Assembly (NCBI GenBank): GCA_011620275.1
Contig: WOZK01000010.1
Coordinates: 5,257-69,256 of the forward strand
DNA: 64,000 nucleotides
Reading direction: 5' to 3'
From: Candidatus Omnitrophota bacterium
GTDB taxonomy: Bacteria; Omnitrophota; Gorgyraeia; Gygaellales; Profunditerraquicolaceae
Part shown: positions 36,300-46,600 of the stretch, one piece after another
Layout: every line of letters starts with the position of its first letter
Numbering within the stretch: position 1 is the first letter of the stretch
The notes under the pieces: generated by a model
The model's database searches: none
What the model saw: only the letters and a program-made list of their open reading frames with translations
What the model was told of the DNA's origin: nothing
Made by a program: the position numbers and the translations under genes

Positions 36300-37200
36300 T
36301 TTTAGAAAGAAGATGACGCAGTATCATTTTTTATCTTTGTTTTCTTTCTGGGCCTAAAATCCGACACCAGCAACTTGTTTCACCGGTTATGCTTGCCGCT
36401 GCGTTGGCAAAGAAATACGTTTTCCCTGGCCGTGATTTTAATGCATTCAGGCGCAAATCTGATCAACGATTACTACGATTTCCGCAAGGGAGTGGATAAG
36501 CCTGAGGCGTACGGCTCAGGCTGCGCTTTGACGCAGGGGCAGCTTTCCCCGCGTCGGGCGCGCATGTGCTCTTATCTCTGTTTTCTGGCGGCCTTTATCC
36601 CGGGTGTGTTTCTTGCCGCGCTGCGTGGTCCAGTTTTCATGTCCTTTGGGTTTGCCGGATTCCTGGGAGGTTACGGCTATACCGGCAGGCCATTCGGTTT
36701 CAAATATCTCGCGCTCGGCGAGGTTCTGGTTTTTCTTCTTTTGTGACCGCTGTTGGTTGTAAGCGGTTACTTCGCTTTTTCGGGCAGACTGTCGCTTTCT
36801 GTCGTTTATGTATCACTGCCGGCGGGATTGCTGGCCGCCGCTATTCTGCATTCCAACAATCTGCGCGATATGCGTCTGGACAGGGTAGCCGGGATCAACA
36901 CTATGGCGCTTTGGCTCGGCCTACGGGGAGCGAAAAACGGAATATTACCTCCTGTTTGTTTCTTTGTACCTCTGCATACCGGTAATGTGTTTCCTGGGTG
37001 TCGTTCCGCCTGCGGCGTTCTTGACCTGGTTGATCCTGCCTGCCACGGTCTCCTGCGCGTTGTCGGTGCGGAATGCCGAAGCCGGGCTGTCCCCCGGTAT
37101 CGCGAACATAGACGTGCGTACGGCCGGTCTGCATTTAGCGTTCGGGCTTATTTATGCGGTTTCTTTCCTGGCGCCGTTGTTGTCCCGCCGTTTATGAGCG
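36300..37200 (+). pseudogene. menA: UbiA-family prenyltransferase (MenA-like, 1,4-dihydroxy-2-naphthoate octaprenyltransferase) fragmented across three reading frames
   Basis: Four overlapping ORF pieces (36375-36746, 36566-36985, 36753-37241, 36964-37197) together carry NDYYDFRKGVD (the UbiA Asp-rich motif) and successive TM segments. At least three frame changes. Confidence 0.5.
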
Positions 37201-37213
37201 AATTCCATACTTA

Positions 37214-37242
37214 TTGCGTTAGTTCTTTTCATAACATATAAT
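37214..37242 (+). promoter_or_regulatory. Candidate sigma70 promoter for phoB-phoR (TTGCGT, 17 nt, TATAAT)
   Basis: TTGCGT at 37214-19, 17-nt spacer, TATAAT at 37237-42. Confidence 0.35.
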
Positions 37243-37303
37243 AGGCTAATCAAACCGTAGAATCCCCAGGACGGGCAGGTTTTCGCGGCGGCAAGGAGAA
37301 GCG

Positions 37304-38002
37304 ATGGCGGGAGAGAGGATATTGATAGTAGAGGATGACAAGAATATTTCCAGATTGCTGCGTTATAATCTGGAGAAAGAAGGCTATGTGTGTTCGCTGG
37401 CGTCGAATGCCGGAGAAGCGCTGGAAACGCTTTCTAGAGATAAGACGTCGTTGATCATCCTGGATATAATGCTGCCGGGCGGGGTAGACGGTTTTGAATT
37501 ATGCCGCAGAATTAAAAGAGAGCAGTCGTTGAAGGAGATACCTGTTATTATGCTCACTGCCCGGGGAGAGGAAGTGGACAGGGTGGTCGGATTGGAGCTT
37601 GGCGCCGACGACTATGTGGTCAAGCCTTTCAGCCCTCGGGAACTTACCCTGCGCGTTAAAGCCGTCTTGCGCAGACAAAACGCGCCTGAACAAGGCAGGG
37701 ATATCTTCTCCTGCGGGGGGCTGTATGTGAACCTCCCTGAGCATAAAGCGGAGGTGAACGGGAAAAACGTGGAGCTTACGCTTATGGAGTTCAAACTCCT
37801 GGCGGTCCTGGTAGCCAGGAAAGGCCGCGTGCAGACGCGCGACAAACTTCTTTCCGAGGTCTGGGATATGCACGCCGACGTGTACACGCGCACCGTGGAC
37901 ACCCATATAAAAAGGCTCAGGGAAAAACTCGGCCTCGCCGGCAGGATGATCGAAACCGTCAGGGGCGTCGGTTACCGTTTTAACTCCGCATATGAAGATT
38001 AG
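37304..38002 (+). CDS. phoB: OmpR/PhoB-family response regulator, close to PhoB
   Basis: ...[43 protein letters not shown] matches E. coli PhoB [43 protein letters not shown] nearly residue for residue. Winged-helix C-terminus. Confidence 0.85.
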   Translation: [232 protein letters not shown]

Positions 38003-39764
38003 GCTGCATTGGAAGCTTACCGCTTTTTTTTCCTGCGTTTTTATTTTCACATTCCTTGCAGGATACCTTTATCTTTCCGGGCAGGTGAAGGCCTTCCTGC
38101 GGGAGAATTTCTACTCGGACATTAAAAGCCAACTATTCATAAATAAAGCCGTCCTGGAAAGCCGTTTCTCCGGTAAAGTGCCGGTTGATTTGCAGGATAC
38201 GGCCGGGGTTATCGGTAAGGCGCTGTCCCTGCGGGTGTCGATTATCGGTACGGACGGACGCCTGTTGGGCGATTCCGGATTGACGCCGGAGCTGCTGCTG
38301 GCGGCGGACAACCACGCCGGCAGGCCGGAAGTCGCCGAGGCGTTTAGGAACGGCTTCGGGATGAGCAGGCGGTTCAGTCATACCCTGCGGCAGCAGATGC
38401 TCTATATGGCAGTGCCTTTCGGCAAGGGTGAGGTTAGCGGGGTACTGCGGTTCTCGGTGCCGGAGCGCCAAGTAGCATCTTTAGGAAGGCGCGGAGTGAA
38501 TGTTGCCGGGGCGGGGCTGATTTTGATACTTTTTTCCAGCCTGTTTATCACTTTCGTCACGTCCTTTTATGTCTCCAGGCCGCTTGTCTCCATCTCCAGG
38601 ACAGCCGAACTTATGGCAAAGGGAGACCTTTCCCGCAAGGCCCTGGTGAATTCCGGTGACGAGATAGGAGATCTCGCGGCGTCACTTAATTCATTGGCCG
38701 AGGAGATAAAAGGAAGGATAGACGGCATCAGTTCCGAGAAAGCCAAGCTGGACGCCGTTCTTGCCAGTATGTTCGAGGGGCTGGTAGTTATCGATGAACA
38801 GGAAAAGGTCGTCTTGATGAACCCCTCTCTGCGCGGGCTATTTTCCGTAAAAGAAGATCCGCAGGGCAGTAAACTGATCGAGGTGGTGCGTAATACCTCC
38901 GTTCAGGAGATGGCCGATAAGGTAATCTCGGAGAAAGAGCGTCTTGTCACCGGAGAGATCAGGATATTCGTTCCCGAAGAGAAGGTATTGCGCGTTAACG
39001 GCGTTCCTATAATTCGGAGGGGGAGGCTTGAAGGCGCCGTAATGGTTTTTCACGATATTACGGAGTTGAGGCGTCTGGAAAAGATTCGCCAGGATTTTGT
39101 CGCCAACGTCTCTCATGAATTGCGCACGCCTCTTTCCAGCATAAAGGGGTACGCCGAAACTTTGCTGGATGGGGCGGTCGACGATAAAGGGCACGCGCGG
39201 GAGTTTATCGGTATCATCCATCAGGAAAGCGACAGGCTGGCAAATCTGATCAACGACCTTCTCGATCTCGCCAGAATAGAGTCCGGGAATATGGAACTGT
39301 CCAAAGCGCCTTTTGATGTTTTGGCCGTCGCGAAACGGGTAGTAGAAAGCATGGGCGTCCAGGCGCGGGCTAAGTCCATAAAGCTGGGGATAACCGCTAC
39401 CTCCGGCGTCTTACCCTTAGCCGCCGGGGATGAGTTTGGATTCCGCCAGGTCTTGACCAATCTGCTTGATAACGCCTTGAAATACACTTCTGAAGGAGGC
39501 GACGTGACGATCTCCATAGAAGCGGCCGGAGGTTTTCTACAGGTCAACGTCGCGGATACCGGTATAGGTATTTCTCCGTCGGACATCCCTCGTATCTTTG
39601 AACGCTTTTACCGGGTGGACAAGGCCCGTTCGCGGGAAGCCGGCGGAACAGGCCTGGGATTGTCCATAGTAAAGCACATCGTGCAGGCCCACGGCGGCCG
39701 CGTATGGGTGGAATCCGAGCTCGGCTCCGGCTCCGTCTTCAGTTTTACCATCCCTTTAGCATAA
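37992..39764 (+). CDS. phoR: Sensor histidine kinase, PhoR-like (TM, HAMP, PAS, HisKA, HATPase)
   Basis: Overlaps phoB by 11 nt. H-box SHELRTPL, N-box, G-boxes (GGTGLGLSIVKHIV). In pst/phoU context. Confidence 0.8.
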   Translation: MKIRLHWKLTAFFSCVFIFTFLAGYLYLSGQVKAFLRENFYSDIKSQLFINKAVLESRFSGKVPVDLQDTAGVIGKALSLRVSIIGTDGRLLGDSGLTPELLLAADNHAGRPEVAEAFRNGFGMSRRFSHTLRQQMLYMAVPFGKGEVSGVLRFSVPERQVASLGRRGVNVAGAGLILILFSSLFITFVTSFYVSRPLVSISRTAELMAKGDLSRKALVNSGDEIGDLAASLNSLAEEIKGRIDGISSEKAKLDAVLASMFEGLVVIDEQEKVVLMNPSLRGLFSVKEDPQGSKLIEVVRNTSVQEMADKVISEKERLVTGEIRIFVPEEKVLRVNGVPIIRRGRLEGAVMVFHDITELRRLEKIRQDFVANVSHELRTPLSSIKGYAETLLDGAVDDKGHAREFIGIIHQESDRLANLINDLLDLARIESGNMELSKAPFDVLAVAKRVVESMGVQARAKSIKLGITATSGVLPLAAGDEFGFRQVLTNLLDNALKYTSEGGDVTISIEAAGGFLQVNVADTGIGISPSDIPRIFERFYRVDKARSREAGGTGLGLSIVKHIVQAHGGRVWVESELGSGSVFSFTIPLA

Positions 39765-39781
39765 CCCCCGTTTTTTTCCTT

Positions 39782-39908
39782 CCGGACACGATACTTAATC
39801 AAGCCGGGTTACCTGTCGGAATAGCACTCTGTCTTCAAGGAGAGGCAGGTGTTCACTCGTGTGAAAATGCGGCGCAGACTTGCCCTTAGTTTATCTAAGG
39901 GGTACCCC
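39782..39908 (+). repeat. 127-bp dispersed repeat, left copy of an inverted pair
   Basis: About 96% identical to the reverse complement of 49827..49953. Contains the X module and internal hairpins (GTTCAC-TCGT-GTGAAC). Confidence 0.85.
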
Positions 39909-40048
39909 GGGCGCTTGTCCTGAGCAGTTCAACAGGCTCACTGTCAATGCATTGTCGAAGGATCCGCCCGGGGAGCTTCATTTATCAGCAACAGAAACGC
40001 TAACCAACAGGTTCAATAATTCCCGCCTTCAAACCCTGGAAACGTAAT

Positions 40049-40100
40049 TTCACCATAATTTCACATGTTCTTACCTGTTCCGTCACATAGCGGTAATATA
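40049..40100 (+). promoter_or_regulatory. Array of five phased hexamer direct repeats (TTCACC, TTCACA, TTACCT, GTCACA, GTAATA) at exact 11-bp spacing, followed by a -10-like TAATAT: putative Pho boxes (PhoP/PhoB-type)
   Basis: Hexamers at 40049, 40060, 40071, 40082, 40093. Located 70 bp upstream of the single-domain RR gene that heads the giant-protein operon. Confidence 0.55.
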
Positions 40101-40167
40101 TTCTGATTAGGGGCGGCGTGATTCTTTTAAAGCGTCCGCCGGAGCAGAATACAAACCGGGAGGTTTC

Positions 40168-40599
40168 ATGGGCATTGTCAGGAGCGAGAGAGGCAACTGT
40201 TCCGTGGCCAGGAAGAGAATAATGGTCGTGGAGGATGAACAGGAGATAAGAAGGCTTATGTCTTTTCATATAGCCATAAGCGGTTACGATGCGGTTCCGG
40301 TAAGCGATGGCGCTGAAGCAGTGAAAAGCATCAGGGAAAGACTTCCCGATCTCATAGTCCTTGATATACTCATGCCGCGCATGAACGGTTGGGAACTGCT
40401 GGCCTGTCTGCGTAGGGAATTTCGAGGTAGCGATATCCCGGTGATCGTGGTAAGCGCGCTCGGTGAGGTGGACGACAAATTGCGCGCGTTTGCTTCCGGC
40501 GCAGAGGATTACATGACCAAGCCTTTCAGCCCGAGGGAATTGGTAGCCCGGATACAAAGGATACTTGAACGGCGCGGGGACGCCGGAATCGGGGTTTGA
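40168..40599 (+). CDS. Single-domain response regulator (receiver only)
   Basis: ...[15 protein letters not shown]...[18 protein letters not shown]...[11 protein letters not shown]...[23 protein letters not shown]. Its stop lies 17 nt before the giant ORF. Confidence 0.85.
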   Translation: [143 protein letters not shown]

Positions 40600-40616
40600 A
40601 AGCGGCTATCTAAGGG

Positions 40617-43600
40617 TTGGAACAATGCGCAGACATCCCCGGATCCGGAAATATTAGGCTTATGAGCAATTCGTTTCGTGAATATGGTTTTTTTCGCCGC
40701 GCGGTAACGTTTTTTACTTTCTTGTCCTGCATTTTCGCTTTCTGTCTTCCTTTTTCATTCAGCGCTCCGTCTATCCCTCTAAATCCCGCCGTTTCAGAAC
40801 GACCGGTTTTTGTTTTTCGGTCACTGACTGTAGAAAACGGCAATAAGTTTTTGCGTCTGCCGGTTTTCTCCGCGTCATCCGGACCAACAAGCAGGGAATC
40901 CTGTCTTGAAGAGGAAGCCGGGCGTTTGACACAGTATTTTCTCACAGGTCTTAACGCGCCGTCCGGGGATCTTTGGGTAAATCTTTCGCCGCGTGATCCG
41001 GGCAGAATCGTCGGCCCGGCGTTGAAAGGCACGGAAGCCGGCAAGGTCATGCTCGATGCCGACATACAGCTCAAAAAGGACTTTGCCGCCCTTATATCTC
41101 CTTATACGAACAGGGGAAGTAATTTTTGGGTGCGAGTGAGGATGAAGAGCGGCGAGCTGTTCGGCGCCGGTGGAATGCAAATCCCTCTGGAGATAAGGCT
41201 CTGGATAGAGCCGTCGGAAGTCGTGATAAAAGAAAGCAATGAGAGCGCTTTCATAGAGAGGGCCGTGCTGAAAGTTTCTTTTGAACCGGTTTTCGGGCCC
41301 GGGGCGGACAGCCGCCTTATCCTTTTCGGCAACTACGCCTGCGGTCTGCTTTCGCCTTCAGTTTCGGAAGAGTTGACCGCGGCGGTCAATTCCGCCCCGC
41401 GTTATTGTCGGCTGAGGCAGGTTTTCAATTCCCTGGTGTTGGCACAATGGTTAAAACAGAGATCCGCCTCCCGAGAGGCGTATAACGAACTTGCCGCACG
41501 CGGCGTGCTCTGTGGTTTAGTCTCCGGCGCGCGCTGGTCGGCGCAGGACTACTTCAGGCAGTACAAAAAACTGGCGCAGAAGCACTCCGTAGATTTTTCT
41601 TCCATTAGTTTTTTGTCGACGGGCGAGATAAGTGTTATCTCCGGCTTCAGCGGGGGAGTTTCTTTCGCTCTACCGGCGTTTCCGCCTCCTGGAACGGTAG
41701 CCCTGCCGTTCCATGCCGGAGCGGTTACCGTCAAACCGGCCTCAGGGAATGAGACCGATAAATTGTGCAGGTCCGTGGTCGAGGCAAGCATAAAAACAGG
41801 GGCTTCCGGAGGCGTGCCGGAATTGGGGATAACCGTTCATCCTCTGCCGGACAGGACTCCCGCTGACACGGATAAGCTGTTCGTTTATGTTCATCCCGCC
41901 GCATCGGACGGCGGAGAAAGCGGAGCAGGAACCGATTCCCAGTCCGTCGATAATAACGTTGAGCGTTCAGGGATCAGCCGGCAGGAATATTTTGATAGAT
42001 TGCTGCGTTCCTGGGCCGGGATACTGGATTCAAACGAGAGGAAGGAGTTCCATGCGTCAATACGCAACGATATTCTCAATATTTCCAGTCAATGCGTAAC
42101 AATCATGCCTTTTATCCCTGAACGGGCAACCGGTAAGGCAGAGTCTCTGGCTTCTGATATACGGCTGATCGTTGACTTGCTCCGCGAGACCGTTCGCAGG
42201 ATCGATTATAACGTTGTCCCTGCGGATGAAGAAGAAAGAAAATCGGTTGCCGCGGAACGGGAGGAATTGCTGGCGGCCATCGAGTATTTCGCGGAATACG
42301 AATATGCCCTGAATTTCGTGGTGAATATCCCGAAGATCGAGCCGTATAGATTCAAACGGGGAGGGCGTTTCTGGCGTGCTTGTGAAACGGCGGTAAGGAG
42401 GGTCTTTCTCTTTGAGTACGGGCTAAGACGGTCGAGGCAGCTGCTGCTGGAGCAGACGGATAAAGTTATCAGCTTGGGGAACCGGCTGAACCGCGCCTAT
42501 ACCGGTAAAGAGAAATACGTTAGAGAAGAATGGAAGAAGTGGATCGCCGAGCAGGACATCCTGAACGGCGGAGTTAAACGCGCAGCGGGCGTGAAGAACA
42601 AAAGCAGCGTTCCGCTTGGTATCAACCGGACATGGAAGACCACCGGGACCACTACCCGTTTTGTGAGTTTGATATCGGTGTGTTTGTTCCTGTTTGTATC
42701 CATGCTTGATTTCGGGCACATTCTTGCCGGCATTTCGTTATTCCTGCTCAAACTGGGCCTGGTCGGCATGTCTTTTTTTATTTCCTGGTACAGTATCGCC
42801 TGGGTCGGATTCAACGACGTTTGGTATAAGCAGCGCATATCGGAACTTGAGTCATTGAGGAACAACGAAGCCGTTTGCGATTTCAGAAGAGAGCGGATTA
42901 AATCCGAGATCACGCAGACTTTAAACAGTTTCAAGAGAGAGAAACGTGCCCCCAGCGTTGATTACATACTTGTTTTTTGCAAGCCGGGGATGAAAAAAAA
43001 CGTCCGGCTGAACCCCGAACTGCTCAGAGATGATGTTCTTCTGGAAATAACGGAAGCCGATTCCGGAAGCGGCGGGGTTTACGCGCAGGCGTGCAGCGAT
43101 CTTCTGTCCGGCAGGTACGATTCGTCATTTGAGAGAACGGCGAGGCTCAAAGGTAAAAGTGTTTCCGATATGCGCGGCATCGTGATTGTCCTTGAGCGCT
43201 TCTTTTCAGTTTCCGAGACGGACGGATATCTGGATAAAGCGGCATCCGGCGCCGTATTGCCGGCAGGCTGGGGCCCTTTGAATAATCTGGAGATGGCTTT
43301 GTTGAACGGTTATAAATCCACTCAGGAAATGGGTGCTTTGGGCAGGAGCGGGATGGTTTTTGTATTTGCCGATAACTTTCTAATCAGCCCCGCGACAATA
43401 AAGGGCGATATAACGTTGATAGGTTCATGGGACAGCTATCGGCATATAAAAGATTGGGGATTGGGGCTGCTTGTCGCCGATATCGGCAGCGGCGACAAGC
43501 TGGTTAAATTGTATGAAAAGGCGGATACTCCTCGTTTGCATAAGAAGCTTCGCAGGTCTTTTCTTTACACGGCGTTGGATTGGGAGAATGAGGACAAGAC

Positions 43601-46600
43601 CCAGATGCTGGGGTTCACCGGTATGACGATCTTCAGCTTCAAAGATCCGGGGCAGTACAGGCGTTTCCTTGGACTGATGGCGGAGATAAATACGTTAATC
43701 AAGCCGCAGAAATCCCCGGTTTTCACAGATCGGGAAGCTTCATTATCTCCCGTGCCCGGGCGTTATTCATTCGTGCCTGAAATCATGGTGCCTTTGGTCA
43801 TGACCGGTAACGGCGAGAATCCGTATACCTATCTGGATACTCGTTTCAGTAACGGGGAATTTTCCGGCGGTGATCACGGCCGGGAATACAAGGTAAGAAA
43901 AGAACTGATAAACAGAATTTTCGCGCAAAGGAACACTTTGCGCCCGGAGGTCAAGGTTTGCGCCGGCACCAATTCATTGTTCTTCAGACCGTGGAATGAC
44001 TCCGGACAAGAAACGGCGGGTATCCCTGACAAGAAAGATGGTGATAGTGCCGATGAAGACAAGTTTCAGGATATCCTGCTTTACTTTGCCGATCTGCTGT
44101 CCGGCAAGAGGGGTCAGCATCTTGATAAAAAGGCGCGCAATGAAATATTGAATATCGTGCACCGCTGCGTAATCCGCAATCCTTTTACTACGGAATGCGC
44201 GGCGGACAATCCGGAGAGAACGGCCGCCGATATATACATCCTGGCGGAACTGTTGAAAAAAAGTATAAGCATACTGGGCGAACAAGCCGGGAGCGCCGGG
44301 ACGCGGGAAGCGGAGGAACTCTTGTCGGACAGGGACCATCTATTGGCGGTATTCGAGTATTTTTCCCGATATGAATACGCGCTTAACTTTGTGGCCAACA
44401 TCTCGAAAATAGAGCCGTATAAATTCAAGAGGGCGGATCCCTTATCCAGCCGGTTGAGCTGGTTGGTGAGGCGTCTTTTTTCTTTCGAAACAGGTCTGCG
44501 AAAGTCGCGGGAGAGACTGTATAAGCAACTGGATGAGGTGATGGAATACGGCAATCTCGTGAACGGACTGTATTATGGCAGGGAAGAGGATATCAGACGA
44601 GAGTGGAAAGAGTGGGTGAACCGGTATTCATTATTGAAACGCGAAGACAGAGCGGCAGGACGGTTGAGCGGGCAGGTCCCCCCGCTCTCCGACAAGTGTA
44701 TGACAAGATTCATGCATAGGCAGAAGGTTCAATTGGGTGTCAACCGTATCTGGGACAGCGATAGAGGAATGATGTCGAGATTGCTGAGCTTGATCTCCCT
44801 GACCTTATTTGCCGTATTGACTATCGCGCCGTTTATCGGCGCCGGCAGTTTGTCATTATTCTGGGGGGCGATGCAGTCTCCCGGCAGTTTTATCGCCGCC
44901 TCTTATGCAAACGGGGATATTACGGCTTTCGTTCTCACCTCGATCAGATTTTGTCTCGGCGTCATTCCCCTGATCTTTTCCTGGTATAACCTCAGTTTCG
45001 TAAGCGTAAGCGATCCTTGGTACGAGTCCAATATGAAGCTTATAGCGGATTTTAGGCACGCCGGGGCGGGGAAATACGCTTCGGAAAGCGGCTTATCTAA
45101 AGAATTCAACGCCCTTGTCCGGGCGTATGAGGCCGAGATATCGGCTCCTCTTCCGTCGGCAGACTTCTTGATAGTAGTCGGCAGCGGCTCGCCGGATAGT
45201 AAAAAATATTTCACGGGAAACGGAATGCCGATCCGGGATAAAGGTGTGTTTCTGAAATATCTCACCGGAAGCCGCGGCAGCGGGAATGCCTGGTTGTCCG
45301 CGGTCAGATACCTGGAATCGGATTTTATGAAGGAGAGCGGCCGGTCTCCACAGGGGCTTAAAGGAATAATAATCCTCGCTGATGACATCGAGACCCCCGT
45401 TCGCCTCCCGTTCTCTCTTCCGCAGAGAACCCTGAAGCGATCCGGGCGCCCTTTGAGCAATATAGATCTTGCTATTCTTAACGGTTACAAATTGACGCAG
45501 CAGATGGCGTCGGAAGGCAGGGGCGGCCTTGTGGTTACCTATGCGGATAGCCTGTTGATAAGTCCGATGCAGATAGACGGTGATATCACGGTGTCCGGCG
45601 TATGGACGGATTATGAACAGTTGCGCGAACAAAACCCCGGATTGCTTATTGCCGATGTGGGCAAAGGAAATCGTCTCAGGAAGATGTATGAAAAAGCCGA
45701 TTTGCATAGAGTACGCGGCAAGATAGAAAAAGCGGCCGGTCCGGGCGCGATAAACTGGGCTGAAATGAAACGCAGGCAGCTGCTTGTTTTCGCAGGAACG
45801 GTCGTCATCAGTTTTAAGGACGATGTGCGTTATGCCGGTTTCCTCAAGATGATGGCTGAAGCGGCCGTCTTCTCCACGCCCCGGGGCAATAAAGAGGATA
45901 AATTGTCGTTCGTTTCCGATATCTTCATTCCTTTATTGATGTTGATGAACAATGAGAATCCTTACACGTACCTGGATGCGGTATCGCTCGGGCAGAACAG
46001 GGAATTTGTCATGAACGAAGAGGGATGCGTCTTGAGAAGAAGAATAATACGGTTGTTTGAAAAGCAGCGGGATATTCTGCCGGGTATGGCGAGGGTATGT
46101 GTTCATCCTCAGGGGACATATCTGAGGCTGGACCATAGCCCTTTTGCCGGCAAGAGACTCGCTTATTTAAATGCCCGCATGCGGCAAGAGACGTCCGGCG
46201 TGTCGGTTTCGCATTCGTCTCTGGAGAATCGAGCGCCGGATACCGCGCGGGAAAAGGGAGTTCGGACTGAGTGGAAGAATGACTGCAGGGATAAACCGGC
46301 ATTCAGGCCGGCCGGGAACGCCGCCGGCCGGGCATTCGCGGTTTCCTCCGCGTTTCCGTTATCCGTTGATTTCTTATGGAATACGGACAGGCTGCAGACC
46401 GTCTTAAGGGATAGGTTGGACAAGGAGCTCCTGAGAGAATGGCGTTATCGGCGTGCTTGGGATGTATTGTCTGTGAAGTCCAAGGTATGCCGTAGGGATG
46501 TTTTGTCCGCAGGGGAAGTGTTGGGAGAAGAATTTGAGGTTTTTCCGCAGGCAGAAAACCGCCGGCGGGAAGATGTTTTCGGACGGGCAATAGGTTATGC

